DNA from: Bacilli bacterium
Lineage (GTDB): Bacteria > Bacillota > Bacilli > JACDOE01
Direction of reading: 5' to 3'
Assembly (NCBI GenBank): GCA_041686735.1
Contig: JAWLDF010000005.1
Location: forward strand, 837-64,836
DNA length: 64,000 nt
The translations under genes were made by a program, and so were the position numbers. Shown here in pieces: positions 1 through 12,385 of this stretch; position 1 is the first letter of the stretch; each line of letters opens with the position of its first letter. The notes below the pieces were generated by a model. That model did not search any database, was not told where the DNA came from, and was given only the letters and a program-made list of their open reading frames with translations.

Positions 1-43
1 ACGGGTATGAACCGTACGCTCTAGCCAGCTGAGCTACGCCGCC
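1..43 (-). tRNA. tRNA-Met(CAT), elongator type; 5' part only, 3' end lies outside the window
   Basis: Reverse complement GGCGGCGTAGCTCAGCTGGCTAGAGCGTACGGTTCATACCCGT; D-arm and anticodon loop TT-CAT-AC. Confidence 0.9.
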
Positions 44-51
44 ACAGAAGA

Positions 52-127
52 TGGTGCTCCCGACAGGGATCGAACCTGCGACCTCATCCTTACCATGGAT
101 GCGCTCTACCGACTGAGCTACAGGAGC
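52..127 (-). tRNA. tRNA-Thr(GGT)
   Basis: GCTCCTGTAGCTCAGTCGGTAGAGCGCATCCATGGTAAGGATGAGGTCGCAGGTTCGATCCCTGTCGGGAGCACCA; 76 nt cloverleaf with encoded CCA. Confidence 0.96.
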
Positions 128-137
128 ATCAAGATTT

Positions 138-386
138 ATTTACTTTGGGTTTCATTGCCTTTTTGTCCTGGCGGAGAGGGAGGGATACCTTCCCCTTCGC
201 CGATTCCATCGGCTCGGCTCCGGAATCCAACATCGACTCGGCACGGTCCTTACGGCCCTGTCCTCGACGTGTTTCCAACGAACCCCTTCTCTCCTTCGGA
301 GAGCGGGTTCCAATCCCTGCCTGAGTTTATCTCGGATAATTTACTTTGTGTTTCATTGCTTTTTGTCCTGGCGGAGAGGGAGGGAT
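138..386. repeat. Direct repeat of about 49 bp (138-186 and 339-386) containing the tRNA-Ser 3' end plus trailer, bracketing a structured insert
   Basis: atttactttgggtttcattgcctttttgtcctggcggagagggagggat vs atttactttgtgtttcattgc-tttttgtcctggcggagagggagggat; 1 mismatch and 1 indel. Confidence 0.9.
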
Positions 387-462
387 TCGAACCCTCGAGA
401 CGGGTCTACCCCGCCTACACGATTTCCAATCGTGCTCCTTCGGCCAGCTCGGACACCTCTCC
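369..462 (-). tRNA. tRNA-Ser(GGA), long variable arm
   Basis: GGAGAGGTGTCCGAGCTGGCCGAAGGAGCACGATTGGAAATCGTGTAGGCGGGGTAGACCCGTCTCGAGGGTTCGAATCCCTCCCTCTCCGCCA. Confidence 0.96.
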
Positions 463-573
463 GCATAAAGGATGCCGTGACATCGTTTGAGCACGGCAAT
501 TACTAAAATAACATATTTAATTTAAACTTTCAAGCACTAATCTTTTCCTGATCTCCTGATCGATTTTTCCGGG

Positions 574-2199
574 TTATTTATTCCAGCGAAATCGATTGAC
601 GATTTGCTCAAGATGTTGGGATTGTTCCAGTAATTGTTCTGCTTCTGAAGACAGGGATTGTATTCCTTTCACCTGTGAATCCACGGTAGCTGCCGTCTCT
701 GAGGCTGACGATGTAAATGACTCGCTGATTTCTGTCAAATGTTCCATAATGCTTTGTAATTCCTGACTGTCATTTTCAAGAATCTCGGCACTTCTGCGAT
801 TTTCGTCCACCTGTTCCCGCATTTGTTTGATAACATCATGAAGCTGATCAATGGCATCCCTGGACATTCCAACCATGGAAACACCTTCTTGAATTTGATC
901 CACGCTGTTTTTCACCTTTTCCACAGCCTGCCGCGCTTCACTGCTCATCTCATTCAAAACATTGATAATTTTATCCGAAAAGGTAGATGTTTCTTCCGCC
1001 AGCTTTCTCACTTCTTCCGCTACCACGGCAAATCCACGCCCTTCTTCCCCGGCACGTGCCGCTTCAATAGAGGCATTTAGCGCAAGTAAATTCGTCTGTT
1101 GACTGATATTATAAATCGCAGCAACCTGTGAAAGGACCTCCTCTGAATCACGGGACATACTTTCGATAACACTTGCCAACTCTGAAACCGTGTGCTGAAT
1201 CGTTGTCATTTGTTCAGCTGACTTCACAGTCGCTTCACTTCCCTGATTGGCTGTCTGAAATGCACTTTCACTGTAACTCACGGTAACATCAATATTTTTA
1301 CGCATTTTCCGGGCTGCATCCAACATTTCATTAATCATTCCAAGAGCATTTTGTAAAGAGGACAATTGTTCCTCTGTTCCGGTAAAAAATTTTTGAATCT
1401 CACTGGATAACATTTCAAATTCCCGCACCTGGTTAGCGGCTTCCTGAGATTGGGACTGACTGATATGACGGGTCTTTTCCGCCGAAACAGCCAGTTCTTT
1501 CATAATCGTGCTCATTCCAAGGGCCACTTTATTTAACTCATACCCCATCTGATCAAAAAGATTACGTCCCTTCGGTTTAAGATGGTCCGTCAGATCACCT
1601 GAAGAAATTCTGCGTGTCATCCCATACCAGTCATGAAGGGAACCCGATAATCTGCGATAAGCCCAGAAACTGGCAGTTAAAGAAAGGATAGTACCAGCAA
1701 CAAGCGGAATCCATACAGAAGATACTGGAATGCCCGTTAAAATGGATAAAATCCCGATTATGACAGGAGAAGTTGCCGCAATCCCGAAAATGACCGGGCC
1801 CAGAAAAGGGCGGTGCACAATTCGACCAAGACGCAATTGATAGCGAATTCCTTGATTTTTTACAATCGGACAGGAGACGTCGATCACCAGTTCTCCCGTA
1901 TTTCTTGCATATAGTTGCAATAGTGGCTGATCAGTTGTAGCCGCTTTTATTCCGACATCATCATTAAAGAGCATCCCTTCCCTTAATCGATTGGTGTGTC
2001 TTAATGCTTTGCCGTTTCCATCAATCACCAGAACATATTCGTCTCTTTTTAATTCAGTGTCAAGAATTTGACCGGCTTTCTCTTTCACTTCATCAAAATT
2101 CTCTACACCTTGAAGGACAGGTTTTAATTTTTCTGCGATACGTGAAGCTTTGTTCAAGGCAGAACGTGCACTTCTGGAACGTAAGATCCCTTTGCTCAT
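574..2199 (-). CDS. Methyl-accepting chemotaxis protein
   Basis: MCP signalling motif [35 protein letters not shown]; two hydrophobic segments followed by a HAMP-like region. Confidence 0.92.
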   Translation of the reverse strand: MSKGILRSRSARSALNKASRIAEKLKPVLQGVENFDEVKEKAGQILDTELKRDEYVLVIDGNGKALRHTNRLREGMLFNDDVGIKAATTDQPLLQLYARNTGELVIDVSCPIVKNQGIRYQLRLGRIVHRPFLGPVIFGIAATSPVIIGILSILTGIPVSSVWIPLVAGTILSLTASFWAYRRLSGSLHDWYGMTRRISSGDLTDHLKPKGRNLFDQMGYELNKVALGMSTIMKELAVSAEKTRHISQSQSQEAANQVREFEMLSSEIQKFFTGTEEQLSSLQNALGMINEMLDAARKMRKNIDVTVSYSESAFQTANQGSEATVKSAEQMTTIQHTVSELASVIESMSRDSEEVLSQVAAIYNISQQTNLLALNASIEAARAGEEGRGFAVVAEEVRKLAEETSTFSDKIINVLNEMSSEARQAVEKVKNSVDQIQEGVSMVGMSRDAIDQLHDVIKQMREQVDENRRSAEILENDSQELQSIMEHLTEISESFTSSASETAATVDSQVKGIQSLSSEAEQLLEQSQHLEQIVNRFRWNK

Positions 2200-2402
2200 T
2201 TCTCTACCCTCCCGTTTTCAAATTTTTTATGAAAAATGTCAAATAATTCATTATTTCGACTGATTTTCGGAAAATCCTTTTATTATTTTACTTTTCAAAC
2301 TTTTCAAACACAAAGATAAGGAATTTCTCTTTATGTCAAGTTCATGTATAATATGTAATTACTAATGACCGCATTGATTGAAACGGAGAGTGAGTATAAA
2401 AA

Positions 2403-3332
2403 TTGAAAAAACATTTGATTGCAGACCTCAGTTTGTTAATGGTTGCCTTTGTCTGGGGAACCACATTTGTACTTGTTCAAAATGCCATTGCTTTCTTGCC
2501 GCCGCTCACGTTTAATGCTGTAAGATTTTTGTTTGCATCGGTCTTTTTATTTATTCTGCTGGCTTTATTTTATCGTCATCAGTTAAAGGCAATCTCGAAA
2601 AAAATGATGATTTCCGGGGTTATTCTCGGGGTCTGGTTATTTGGGGGATACGGTTTTCAGACGATCGGTCTGCAGTTTACAACCACATCAAAAGCAGCTT
2701 TTATCACCGGACTGTCAGTGGTTCTGGTGCCTTTATTAGGACTGCTCCTTTTAAGACAAATCCCTAAAATTCCCGCCATCATCGGTGTGATCATTGCCAC
2801 CATCGGTCTTTATTTACTTACAATGGGAGATTCCATGACGTTAAATCCCGGAGATGTGTGGTCATTTTTCTGTGCCGTTTCGTTTGCCATGCAAATTACG
2901 CTCACGGGAAAATATGCTCCTCATTTCCCGTCACTTGCCCTGGCATTGATTCAAATTACCACCGTCGGTATCGTCAGCGCCGCCGGAGGTTTTTTGTTCG
3001 AAGACTGGTCACGGGTGATGGATCCGCAAATTATGGGAAGCAAGGAAGTGGTGCTGGCGCTGATCATTACCGTCATTCCCGCGACAGCCCTTGCATTTGT
3101 AGTGCAGACAGAATCACAAAAATTCACGACTCCCACCCGCGTTGCTCTGATTTATGCCATGGAACCGGTTTTTGCAGCGATCACGGCGTTCATCTGGACA
3201 GACGAAGTACTGGGAACAAAAGCAGTCATCGGTAGTCTCGGTATCTTCATCGGTATGATTCTGGCTGAAATGCCTCCTCAGGTTTTAAAATGGAACAAAA
3301 AAAACAAATCAAAAAATCATCAAATGGTGTGA
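2403..3332 (+). CDS. DMT/EamA family transporter
   Basis: About 10 hydrophobic segments; VWGTTF and EPVFAA motifs; TTG start after GGAGAG. Confidence 0.88.
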   Translation: MKKHLIADLSLLMVAFVWGTTFVLVQNAIAFLPPLTFNAVRFLFASVFLFILLALFYRHQLKAISKKMMISGVILGVWLFGGYGFQTIGLQFTTTSKAAFITGLSVVLVPLLGLLLLRQIPKIPAIIGVIIATIGLYLLTMGDSMTLNPGDVWSFFCAVSFAMQITLTGKYAPHFPSLALALIQITTVGIVSAAGGFLFEDWSRVMDPQIMGSKEVVLALIITVIPATALAFVVQTESQKFTTPTRVALIYAMEPVFAAITAFIWTDEVLGTKAVIGSLGIFIGMILAEMPPQVLKWNKKNKSKNHQMV

Positions 3333-3336
3333 TAAG

Positions 3337-4140
3337 ATGAACTATAAAATGATTACCATTGATCTGGACGATACATTGTTAACGGATGAGCTTACGGTGA
3401 CGGATACATCTAAAAGAGCGATCAGACAGGCTGTTGATCAGGGGGTCATCGTAACACTGGCAACCGGACGCATGTTTGCTTCCGCTGCCAAAATTGCTTC
3501 TCAACTGCAATTAAACGTTCCCCTGATCACGTATCAGGGGGCCTATGTAAAGGGGCTTTACGATAAAAGCACCCTTTATGAGAAATCAGTCTCTCCCGGG
3601 ATCTCACAGGAAGTCTACAATGTGGCGCAACAATATGGTGTGCATATGCAGATATACCAGGAAGATACGTTGATCAGTCCGGAAGATAACGATAAGATTA
3701 AACACTATGTTCAAATTGCCAATGTCCCCTATGTCGTAAGGGAAGATTTTGAAGAATTGCTGGCACGTCCTTCGACCAAGATATTGTATTCTGACGACCC
3801 GGATAAACTGGATCATCTTCAGGATTTACTGAAAAAGAGGCTTGGGAATGCTGCATACATTACCAAATCGAAACCGTTTTTTCTGGAGATTCTCCATCCG
3901 GAAGCATCAAAGGGAAAAGCCATCCTGTATCTGGCTGAGCATTTCGGAATTGATCCGAAACAAATCATTGCCGTCGGAGACAGTTATAATGATCATGACA
4001 TGCTCGAAGTTGCCGGACTCAGCGTAGCCATGGGGAATGCTGTAGAATCTCTTAAGGAAATAGCGGATTATATCACCGCCACCAATAATGAAGACGGGGT
4101 AAGACAAGTCATCGAAAAGTTCATACTAAAAGCCTCCTAA
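3337..4140 (+). CDS. Cof-type HAD-IIB hydrolase
   Basis: [23 protein letters not shown] and MGNA motifs. Confidence 0.92.
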   Translation: MNYKMITIDLDDTLLTDELTVTDTSKRAIRQAVDQGVIVTLATGRMFASAAKIASQLQLNVPLITYQGAYVKGLYDKSTLYEKSVSPGISQEVYNVAQQYGVHMQIYQEDTLISPEDNDKIKHYVQIANVPYVVREDFEELLARPSTKILYSDDPDKLDHLQDLLKKRLGNAAYITKSKPFFLEILHPEASKGKAILYLAEHFGIDPKQIIAVGDSYNDHDMLEVAGLSVAMGNAVESLKEIADYITATNNEDGVRQVIEKFILKAS

Positions 4141-4153
4141 GCAGGAGGCTTTT
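4128..4153. terminator. Bidirectional intrinsic terminator between convergent genes
   Basis: aaaagcctcct-aagc-aggaggctttt, with A/T runs on both sides. Confidence 0.8.
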
Positions 4154-4739
4154 GTTTTTCCATGATGGCTTTCCATACCTGGTCTTTTCCTTCACCCGTT
4201 TCAGCGGAAAAAAGGATGAGGGAGTCCGAAGGATCGACGTTAAGGTCCTGTCTGATGATTTTTAAGTGCTTTTGCCATTTGCCGCGTGGTACTTTGTCTG
4301 CTTTGGTTGCGACAACGATCACCGGAATCCCGTGATGTTTCAGCCACTCATACATATGTTTGTCATCCTTTGAAGGGGGATGGCGCAGATCTACAATTTG
4401 AAGCACCGATTTTAACGCTTCTCTTGTAGTCAAATAATACTCAATCATCTCCCCCCACTGTTCCTTCACTTTTTTGGAAACCCGGGCAAATCCGTAACCG
4501 GGGAGATCAACAAAAAAGAAACTTCCTTTTTCTCCGGTTATCCGGTAAAAATTTAAGGTCTGTGTTTTGCCCGGTTTTGAACTGGTACGGGCAAGATTTT
4601 TCCGATTGATCAACTTGTTGATTAATGATGATTTTCCCACATTGGAACGCCCTGCCAGAGCGAACTCAGGCAGGGGCTCTCCGGGATATTGTTTCTCACT
4701 TACCGCACTAATCACAATTTCTGCATCGATTACCTTCAT
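4137..4739 (-). CDS. engB: Ribosome biogenesis GTPase EngB/YsxC
   Basis: [15 protein letters not shown] and TKADK G-motifs; position after lonA. Confidence 0.96.
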   Translation of the reverse strand: MKVIDAEIVISAVSEKQYPGEPLPEFALAGRSNVGKSSLINKLINRKNLARTSSKPGKTQTLNFYRITGEKGSFFFVDLPGYGFARVSKKVKEQWGEMIEYYLTTREALKSVLQIVDLRHPPSKDDKHMYEWLKHHGIPVIVVATKADKVPRGKWQKHLKIIRQDLNVDPSDSLILFSAETGEGKDQVWKAIMEKQKPPA

Positions 4740-4767
4740 AACTAAACGCTTCCTCTTCCCATTTTGA

Positions 4768-7110
4768 TCATGATGATTTCACTTTTTCTTTACGCAATGC
4801 ATACTCAAGAACCTTATCCATATGGTCAACCATGATGAATTCCAGATCATTGCGGACTGTTTCCGGGATATCTTCGATATCCTTCTCGTTTTCCGCGGGT
4901 AAAATAATCTTCTTGATTCCGGCGCGATGAGCTGCCAGCGCTTTTTCTTTCAGTCCCCCGATGGGAAGGACGCGACCCCTTAAGGTAATTTCTCCCGTCA
5001 TAGCCACTTCACGGGATACAGGAATCTCCGTGAGTGCGGAAACGAGCGCTGTAGCCATGGTAATACCGGCCGACGGCCCGTCTTTGGGAATGGCTCCTTC
5101 CGGAACATGGATATGAATATCCTGTTTTTCATAAAATTGAGGACCAATGTTTAATTGCTCAGCACGGGAGCGGATATAGCTGAATGCGGCCTGGGCAGAC
5201 TCCTTCATCACGTCACCCAATTTCCCCGTAAGCGTCAACTTCCCTTTTCCGGGTAAAAGAGAAACTTCAACAGTCAACGTGTCTCCGCCCACTTCCGTCC
5301 AGGCCAGTCCTGTTACCGCACCTATCTGATCTTCTGTTTCCGCAGTACCGTATCGATAAACCGGTTTACCCAGCATTTCTTCAACTATTTCAGGAGTTAC
5401 GACAACACGCTCTTTTTCGCCGGCGACGATCTGTTTCACTGCTTTGCGGCAGATCGTCCCGATTGTCCGGTTGAGATTACGGACTCCCGCTTCACGGGTG
5501 TACTGACGGATAATTTTAAGCAATGCTTCCTGTTCAATCTCCATTTGCTCTTCCTTCAGCCCGTGTTCCTTCATTTGATTGGGAATAAGGTATCCTTCGG
5601 CGATTTTTGTTTTTTCCACTTCCGTATACCCGGAAATATAGAGCACTTCCATCCGGTCCAGTAGAGGTCGCGGAATATTGTGCATAGCGTTGGCCGTCGT
5701 GATAAACATGACGTGAGATAGATCGTATGGTTCCTCAATATAATGATCACTGAAAGTATCATTCTGATTGGGATCAAGGACTTCAAGCAGGGCAGAAGCC
5801 GGATCTCCGCGAAAATCCATGGCCATTTTATCGATTTCATCCAGTAAGAAAACCGGATTGATGCTGCCTGCCGTTTTCATTCCCTGAATGATTCTTCCCG
5901 GCATCGCACCTACATAAGTTCTTCTATGACCGCGAATCTCCGCCTCGTCACGGACTCCGCCGAGGGAAATGCGGACAAATTCCCTGCCCAGTGCTTTCGC
6001 AACCGACTGTGCGAGTGAAGTTTTACCTACCCCCGGAGGGCCGACCAGACAAAGGATAGGCCCCTTCATTTTTTCTACCATTTTTTGTACGGCCAGATAT
6101 TCGATCACACGTTCTTTTGCTTTTTCCAGACCATAATGATCCTCATCCAGCACTTTCTGTACATGCTGAATGTCGAGATGATCTTCTGTCTTTTTCGTCC
6201 ATGGCAGTGATAAGATCCATTCGATATAAGAGCGAATTACACTTCCTTCGGCTGATGTCGCCGGCATTTTTTCAAGACGGTCCAGTTCTTTTTCCACTTT
6301 CTCTTTAATCCGTGGCGGAGCGGACAATTCTTTAAGCTGTTTGCGCAATTCATCAATTTCCCCGGCGCGTCCTTCTTTTTCGCCGAGTTCTTTTTGAATG
6401 GCCTTCATTTGTTCACGCAGGTAATATTCTTTTTGCGTTTTCTCCATTTGCTTTTTGACGCGCTGACTGATTTTTCTTTCCAGTTCCAGCACTTCTCGCT
6501 CGTTGTTCAAAAGATTGAGCAATTTATTCAGCCGGTCTTTGACATCCACCGTTTCGAGAATGCTCTGTTTGTCTTTGATTCTCAGGCTCAGATGGGAGGC
6601 GATCACGTCTGCCAGCCTGCCGGGATCATCTATATCCGAAACGGCCGTTAAGGTTTCAGGTGTAACTTTTTTTGAGAGGCGAATATATTGTTCAAAATGA
6701 TCAAGCACACTGCGCATCAACGCTTCAACCTCGGGGGAAAGCTCCCCTTCCTCCTCGAGATAAGTGATCTGTACGGTAAAATAGGGTTGATCACTGACAA
6801 ATTTATCAATACGTGCGCGTTTTAACCCTTCGACCAGCACGCGAATCGTTCCGTTGGGCAATTTTAACATCTGCTTTACTTTGGCTACGGTCCCAACTTT
6901 AAAGATATCTTCTTCATTCGGCTCTTCAATTTGAACTTCTTCCTGGGTAGCCAGCAGAATGAGATGATCATCAACCATTGATTGTTCAAGTGCTTTAACG
7001 GATTTATCTCTTCCCACATCAAGATGGAGTACCATGTTGGGATATACGAGTAACCCGCGAAGTGGGAGTAAGGGAATCTGTCTGACTGTATCGTTCATAT
7101 CGTGCAACAT
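4768..7110 (-). CDS. lonA: ATP-dependent protease La (LonA)
   Basis: GPPGVGKTS Walker A, PKDGPSAG catalytic Ser, Lon N-domain; start moved to ATG 7110 behind GGAGGTG. Confidence 0.96.
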   Translation of the reverse strand: MLHDMNDTVRQIPLLPLRGLLVYPNMVLHLDVGRDKSVKALEQSMVDDHLILLATQEEVQIEEPNEEDIFKVGTVAKVKQMLKLPNGTIRVLVEGLKRARIDKFVSDQPYFTVQITYLEEEGELSPEVEALMRSVLDHFEQYIRLSKKVTPETLTAVSDIDDPGRLADVIASHLSLRIKDKQSILETVDVKDRLNKLLNLLNNEREVLELERKISQRVKKQMEKTQKEYYLREQMKAIQKELGEKEGRAGEIDELRKQLKELSAPPRIKEKVEKELDRLEKMPATSAEGSVIRSYIEWILSLPWTKKTEDHLDIQHVQKVLDEDHYGLEKAKERVIEYLAVQKMVEKMKGPILCLVGPPGVGKTSLAQSVAKALGREFVRISLGGVRDEAEIRGHRRTYVGAMPGRIIQGMKTAGSINPVFLLDEIDKMAMDFRGDPASALLEVLDPNQNDTFSDHYIEEPYDLSHVMFITTANAMHNIPRPLLDRMEVLYISGYTEVEKTKIAEGYLIPNQMKEHGLKEEQMEIEQEALLKIIRQYTREAGVRNLNRTIGTICRKAVKQIVAGEKERVVVTPEIVEEMLGKPVYRYGTAETEDQIGAVTGLAWTEVGGDTLTVEVSLLPGKGKLTLTGKLGDVMKESAQAAFSYIRSRAEQLNIGPQFYEKQDIHIHVPEGAIPKDGPSAGITMATALVSALTEIPVSREVAMTGEITLRGRVLPIGGLKEKALAAHRAGIKKIILPAENEKDIEDIPETVRNDLEFIMVDHMDKVLEYALRKEKVKSS

Positions 7111-7173
7111 TTCACACCTCCATTGCCATGAATGCCTTGTGTTCAATATTTTATCCTAACAATATGGGATTGT

Positions 7174-8874
7174 CTAATGTTGTGCATCGAACAGGGACGG
7201 AGTGGCTGTTAAAAAATCGGGAGCAACCGACTGAGAAGCACTTTCTTCCTTAACCTGTTCCTTCGTTAAGATCGCATATTCGAATACTTCCTCAATATGC
7301 TCGACTGCAATCACATCTATATCAGGCATGGTGTTGAACAAATATTGCCAGTTATCTTTCGGTATGAGTACCCGGGTTGCACCAGCCTGACGGGCAGCCT
7401 CCACTTTGGCAACGATTCCTCCTACAGGCTTCACTTTTCCATGGATGCTTAATTCTCCGGTCATGGCAATCTTGTTGTCAACCGGCAGATTTTTGATTGC
7501 CGAATAAATGGCTGCCGCCGTAGAGATTCCTGCTGAAGGGCCGTCAACCGGAGTCCCCCCCGGAAAATTGATATGGAGATCGTAATCATAGGGGTTCATT
7601 CCATGAGAAGCAAGGATGGTCAAAACATTTTCCACTGAACCTTTCGCCATCGATTTTCTCCTTAACGTGCGCTGTCCTCCACCCATCTCCTCTTCTTCAA
7701 CCACGCCGGTAACTTGAATCTTACCCTGGCCGGGTTGAGAGGCCGGGCGGGCCGATACTTCAATTTCAAGCAGGGTGCCCATGTTCGGTCCATAAACAGC
7801 CAGACCGTTAACCAGTCCGACCTGAGGACGATCAGGGACTTTTTTATCCGGACGGGGCGATTTCTGGCTACTGTGCACAACCCATTCCACATCGGTTGTT
7901 GTTATGATGTTGCGATTCTCCGTTTGCGCAATTCCTGCTGCAATCTGCACTGTATTTACGGCTTCACGACCGTTGGTAGCATAACGGCTGATAATATCGA
8001 GCGCATCCTTTTCATATTGAAAATTCATCTTGTGAATGGCGTTTTTGGCTATGGAAATAATTTCATGGGGGAGTAGCGCTCGAAAATAGATTTCCAGACA
8101 ACGTGAACGAATGGCCGGAGGAATTTCATGGGGCATGCGGGTGGTTGCCCCCACAAGACGAAAATCGGCAGGTAATCCATTTTGAAAAATGTCATGAATA
8201 TGTGACGGGATCTGCTGATTTTCTTCACTGTAATAAGCACTTTCCAGAAAAACTTTGCGATCTTCCAGTACTTTTAACAACTTATTCATCTGAATGGGAT
8301 GAAGTTCACCGATCTCATCGATAAAGAGGATTCCTCCATGAGCTCTGGTTACTGCTCCCGGCTTGGGTTGAGGAACTCCCGCCTGTCCCATTGCCCCCGC
8401 TCCCTGATAAATGGGATCATGGACCGAACCGATCAGCGGGTCGGCAATTCCCCGTTCATCAAAGCGGGCAGTGGTAGCGTCTAGCTCGACAAAGACAGCA
8501 TCTTTTTTAAATGGAGACATCGGGTTTTTCTTCGCATCTTCCAGGATGATACGCGCCGCTGCCGTTTTTCCGACTCCGGGCGGTCCGTAAATGATCACAT
8601 GCTGTGGGTTGGGGCCGCACAAAGCAGCTCTAAGAGACTTGATTCCATCCTCCTGTCCAATCACTTCCTGCAGGGTTTTGGGGCGTGTTTTTTCCGCAAT
8701 CGGCTGGGTTAATGAGATGGAGCGCAGTTTTTGCAAATGCTCCATTTCCTTGCGTGACTCACGGTCTACCGATGTTTTATTGGAACGCTGGTTTTTTAAC
8801 AAGTTCCAGAAATACAAACCAATTACAATTGAAAAGAAAAATTGAACAATCACAATGACTGTTGTCCAGTTCAT
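7174..8874 (-). CDS. lonB: Membrane-anchored ATP-dependent protease LonB
   Basis: N-terminal TM segment (MNWTTVIVIVQFFFS), [16 protein letters not shown]; start at 8874 behind GGGAGGG. Confidence 0.94.
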   Translation of the reverse strand: MNWTTVIVIVQFFFSIVIGLYFWNLLKNQRSNKTSVDRESRKEMEHLQKLRSISLTQPIAEKTRPKTLQEVIGQEDGIKSLRAALCGPNPQHVIIYGPPGVGKTAAARIILEDAKKNPMSPFKKDAVFVELDATTARFDERGIADPLIGSVHDPIYQGAGAMGQAGVPQPKPGAVTRAHGGILFIDEIGELHPIQMNKLLKVLEDRKVFLESAYYSEENQQIPSHIHDIFQNGLPADFRLVGATTRMPHEIPPAIRSRCLEIYFRALLPHEIISIAKNAIHKMNFQYEKDALDIISRYATNGREAVNTVQIAAGIAQTENRNIITTTDVEWVVHSSQKSPRPDKKVPDRPQVGLVNGLAVYGPNMGTLLEIEVSARPASQPGQGKIQVTGVVEEEEMGGGQRTLRRKSMAKGSVENVLTILASHGMNPYDYDLHINFPGGTPVDGPSAGISTAAAIYSAIKNLPVDNKIAMTGELSIHGKVKPVGGIVAKVEAARQAGATRVLIPKDNWQYLFNTMPDIDVIAVEHIEEVFEYAILTKEQVKEESASQSVAPDFLTATPSLFDAQH

Positions 8875-8914
8875 ACGGTGTATCCCTCCCGTGCCAGTTA
8901 TGTTGTATACCATG

Positions 8915-8944
8915 TATTATTGCCGACTAAGGAGGGCGTTAAAC
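8915..8944 (-). promoter_or_regulatory. SigF/SigG-type forespore promoter of lonB
   Basis: GTTTA-15 nt-GGCAATAATA matches the sigmaF consensus; lonB is sigmaF-dependent in B. subtilis. Confidence 0.7.
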
Positions 8945-9017
8945 GAATGAATGATTCCATCTTATTAGAAAAGCCGCGGCATGATCGGTAACATGCCACG
9001 GCTCTGAATCGCCTTAA

Positions 9018-10280
9018 TCAGGCGCTTTCTTTCGGTTTATTACTCTTGTTTGATTTCAGTTGTAAATCGGGCTTGATTTTTTCACGGACGGTCTGTTCCG
9101 TAACAACACATTTTTCAACATCATCACGGGACGGCAGCTCAAACATTACTTCAAGCATGATCGATTCGATAATCGAACGTAAGCCGCGGGCTCCCGTATT
9201 CCGTTTAATGGCCTCTTTTGCGATTTCACGCAGAGCGCCTTCTTCAAACTCCAGTTCAACCCCGTCCATTTCAAACAGTTTTTGATACTGTTTCACCAGC
9301 GCATTTTTCGGCTCGGTCAGGATACGCATCAGCGCATCTTCATCGAGCGGTTCAAGCGTACTGATAACCGGGAGTCGGCCTACAAATTCCGGGATCAAGC
9401 CGAATTTTAACAGATCCTCCGGAAGAACCTGACTCAATAGTTCCCCTTCCTTCAATTCGTCCTTTTTACCGCCTGCGGCGCCAAATCCGATCACTTTTTT
9501 ACCGATGCGGCGCTTGATGATCTGTTCAATGCCGTCAAATGCTCCACCACAAATGAACAGAACATTGGAAGTATCGATTTGAATAAACTCCTGGTGAGGA
9601 TGTTTTCTTCCTCCCTGAGGCGGCACGCTGGCTACGGTTCCTTCCAATATTTTGAGGAGGGCCTGTTGTACCCCTTCTCCGGAAACATCCCGTGTAATCG
9701 AAGGATTTTCCGACTTGCGGGCAACTTTATCGATTTCGTCGATATAAATAATCCCTTTTTCCGCCTTTTCCACATCGTAATCGGCAGCCTGAATCAATTT
9801 AAGCAAAATATTTTCCACGTCTTCACCGACGTAACCGGCTTCCGTAAGGGATGTCGCATCAGCAATCGCAAACGGTACATTTAAAATACGGGCCAGTGTT
9901 TGAGCCAGTAAAGTTTTCCCGCTGCCGGTCGGTCCGAGCATGATAATGTTACTTTTTTGCAACTCGACATCATCTGTTTTGGTATTGGAATTGATGCGTT
10001 TGTAGTGATTGTAGACAGCAACGGACATTACTTTTTTGGCTGCATCTTGACCGATGACATAATCATCCAGAATTTTTCGTATCTCCTGTGGTTTCGGTAT
10101 TTCCTGCAAATCGAGTTCTTCTTCTCCACCCAGTTCTTCTTCTACAATCTCAGTGCAAAGTTCGATACATTCATCACATATATATACGCCGGGACCGGCT
10201 ACCAATTTTCGAACCTGATCCTGAGATTTACCACAAAAAGAACACTTCAACTGTCCTTTTTCATCATTAAATTTAAACAT
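9018..10280 (-). CDS. clpX: ATP-dependent Clp protease ATP-binding subunit ClpX
   Basis: CSFCGK zinc finger, [11 protein letters not shown] loop. Confidence 0.97.
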   Translation of the reverse strand: MFKFNDEKGQLKCSFCGKSQDQVRKLVAGPGVYICDECIELCTEIVEEELGGEEELDLQEIPKPQEIRKILDDYVIGQDAAKKVMSVAVYNHYKRINSNTKTDDVELQKSNIIMLGPTGSGKTLLAQTLARILNVPFAIADATSLTEAGYVGEDVENILLKLIQAADYDVEKAEKGIIYIDEIDKVARKSENPSITRDVSGEGVQQALLKILEGTVASVPPQGGRKHPHQEFIQIDTSNVLFICGGAFDGIEQIIKRRIGKKVIGFGAAGGKKDELKEGELLSQVLPEDLLKFGLIPEFVGRLPVISTLEPLDEDALMRILTEPKNALVKQYQKLFEMDGVELEFEEGALREIAKEAIKRNTGARGLRSIIESIMLEVMFELPSRDDVEKCVVTEQTVREKIKPDLQLKSNKSNKPKESA

Positions 10281-10292
10281 GCTGTATCACCC

Positions 10293-10889
10293 CTATTTTT
10301 GCTGTTCTTTCCGGATGATCACCTGGTCAATAATCCCGTAATCCTTTGCTTCTTCAGCACTCATAAAGAAATCCCGGTCAGTGTCCTTCTCAATCCGTTC
10401 AAGCGGCTGGCCTGTACGTTCTGCATAGATACGATTCAACCTGTCTTTAGTACGTTGAATCCAATCGGCGTGAATCTTTATGTCGGATGCCTGACCACGC
10501 ACCCCGCCAAGGGGCTGGTGAATCATCACCTCGCTGTTCGGCAGGGCATATCGTTTCCCTGGTGCGCCCGCCGCAAGCAGGAAAGATCCCATACTCGCAG
10601 CCAGACCTACACAGATTGTTGAAACATCAGGTTTTATGTATTGCATGGTATCGTAAATTGCCATTCCGGCTGTAACCGAACCGCCGGGTGAGTTTATGTA
10701 AAGATTAATATCTTTCTCGGGATCCTCGGCAGCCAAAAACAACAATTGAGCCACAACAACATTGGACACATTGTCGTCAATCGGTGTGCCGATAAAGATG
10801 ATCCGGTCTTTTAACAACCTCGAATAGATATCGTAAGCTCTTTCGCCACGATTACTTTGCTCGACCACCATCGGAATCAAATGACTCAT
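10293..10889 (-). CDS. clpP: ATP-dependent Clp protease proteolytic subunit
   Basis: YINSPGG, AASMGS and MIHQP motifs; start [10 protein letters not shown] at 10889. Confidence 0.97.
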   Translation of the reverse strand: MSHLIPMVVEQSNRGERAYDIYSRLLKDRIIFIGTPIDDNVSNVVVAQLLFLAAEDPEKDINLYINSPGGSVTAGMAIYDTMQYIKPDVSTICVGLAASMGSFLLAAGAPGKRYALPNSEVMIHQPLGGVRGQASDIKIHADWIQRTKDRLNRIYAERTGQPLERIEKDTDRDFFMSAEEAKDYGIIDQVIIRKEQQK

Positions 10890-10963
10890 TAATTTTCCTC
10901 CTTTCAATCTGGTAAAACAAGGCACGAAATGGAATATCGTGCCCTGTCATCTTTTGCGTTAGA

Positions 10964-12256
10964 TTATGCGACGAATTTGCTGTTTGCAACAAGTAAATCG
11001 ACTGTTTTTCTAATTTTGATATCATTTTTGATGCCATCAAGGCCGCCCTGAGCTTCAAAAATCGAACGGATTTCATCCACTTCACGGCTGTACATTTCCG
11101 CGATTTTTTTCAGTTCCTCATCCAGATCCTCATCTGTCACCTCGACATTTTCCTCTTCCGCGATGGCTTCAAGGGTGAGACGGGTGCGGATCCGTTTTTC
11201 GGCATCCTCTTTAAATTGTTCCCTTAATGCTTCCTCGTTTAAACCTGAAAACTGGTAATAAAGATCCAGATTCATACCCTGCATTTGCAGTCGTTGCTCC
11301 AGGTCCTGCAACATGTGGTCAATCTCATGGGAGATCATCACTTCAGGAAGATCAATGGTGGCATTTTCAGCTGCTTTTTCCACCACAGCTTCACGTTTGT
11401 AGTTTTCCTCATCCTGCTTCGCTTTTTCTTCAAGTCTATTCTTGATATCTGCCTTTAATTCTTCCAGGGTATCGAATTCACTGACATCTTTGACGAACTC
11501 ATCATCGATCTCGGGCAGATTCAAGCGCTTGATTTCATTTAATTTTACCTTAAAAGTAACCGGCTGTCCCGCAAGATTCTCGGCATGATATTCTTCCGGA
11601 AAGGTCACTTCAATTTCTTTTTCTTCTCCCGGTTTCATACCGACCAGTTGTTCTTCAAATCCGGGGATAAACGTGCCGGAACCAATCTCAAGGTCAAATT
11701 TTTCTCCCTTTCCGCCTTCAAAGGGCTCCCCATCTTTAAAACCTTCAAAATCGATGATGGCATGGTCGCCGTTTTGTAATTCACCGTCTTCAACCACGAT
11801 CAGTTGGCCCTGTTGTTCCTGCATTTTTTGCAGTTCTTGTTCAATGTTTTCATCGCTTACCGAAAAATCTTTTTCTTCAATTTCCAGATCCTTATACTGG
11901 CCCAATTTGGTTTCAGGTTTTACCGTAACTGTGGCCTTGAATATTAAAGATTTCCCTTTTTCAATCTGTTCGATATCCACTTCCGGCTGATCAACCGGTT
12001 CGATGCCGGCTTCATCAACAGCATTACTGTATGCTTCCGGAAGCAAAATATCCAGCGCATCCTGATACAGGGATTCTACTCCAAAACGTTTTTCAAAAAT
12101 AGGACGCGGTACTTTTCCTTTGCGAAATCCGGGCAGGTTTACCTGTTTCACTACTTTTTTGAACGCTCTGTCCAGAGCCTGATCCACTTGTTCTGCATCC
12201 ACTTCAATGGTTAGAACACCTTCATTTGTTCCGGTCTTTTCCCAATTTACTTTCAT
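10964..12256 (-). CDS. tig: Trigger factor
   Basis: GFRKGKVP ribosome-binding motif and FKBP domain ([11 protein letters not shown]). Confidence 0.97.
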   Translation of the reverse strand: MKVNWEKTGTNEGVLTIEVDAEQVDQALDRAFKKVVKQVNLPGFRKGKVPRPIFEKRFGVESLYQDALDILLPEAYSNAVDEAGIEPVDQPEVDIEQIEKGKSLIFKATVTVKPETKLGQYKDLEIEEKDFSVSDENIEQELQKMQEQQGQLIVVEDGELQNGDHAIIDFEGFKDGEPFEGGKGEKFDLEIGSGTFIPGFEEQLVGMKPGEEKEIEVTFPEEYHAENLAGQPVTFKVKLNEIKRLNLPEIDDEFVKDVSEFDTLEELKADIKNRLEEKAKQDEENYKREAVVEKAAENATIDLPEVMISHEIDHMLQDLEQRLQMQGMNLDLYYQFSGLNEEALREQFKEDAEKRIRTRLTLEAIAEEENVEVTDEDLDEELKKIAEMYSREVDEIRSIFEAQGGLDGIKNDIKIRKTVDLLVANSKFVA

Positions 12257-12385
12257 TTCGAATTACCCCTCCTACCAATCATCCCATACACAAAATTTCG
12301 TATGTACCTGCAGGCTATCTGCCAGTATAACCACTTCATTATAACATAAACAATCCCCTTTTCAACAATGGGAAAAATTATTGAA

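Noticed and set aside
138-386. Possible CRISPR repeat-spacer-repeat
   Set aside because: Only two copies; 49-bp unit derived from a tRNA end; 150-bp spacer; no cas genes.
95-490. 131-aa ORF on the plus strand
   Set aside because: Antisense to tRNA-Thr, the repeat element and tRNA-Ser; no RBS; a shadow ORF.
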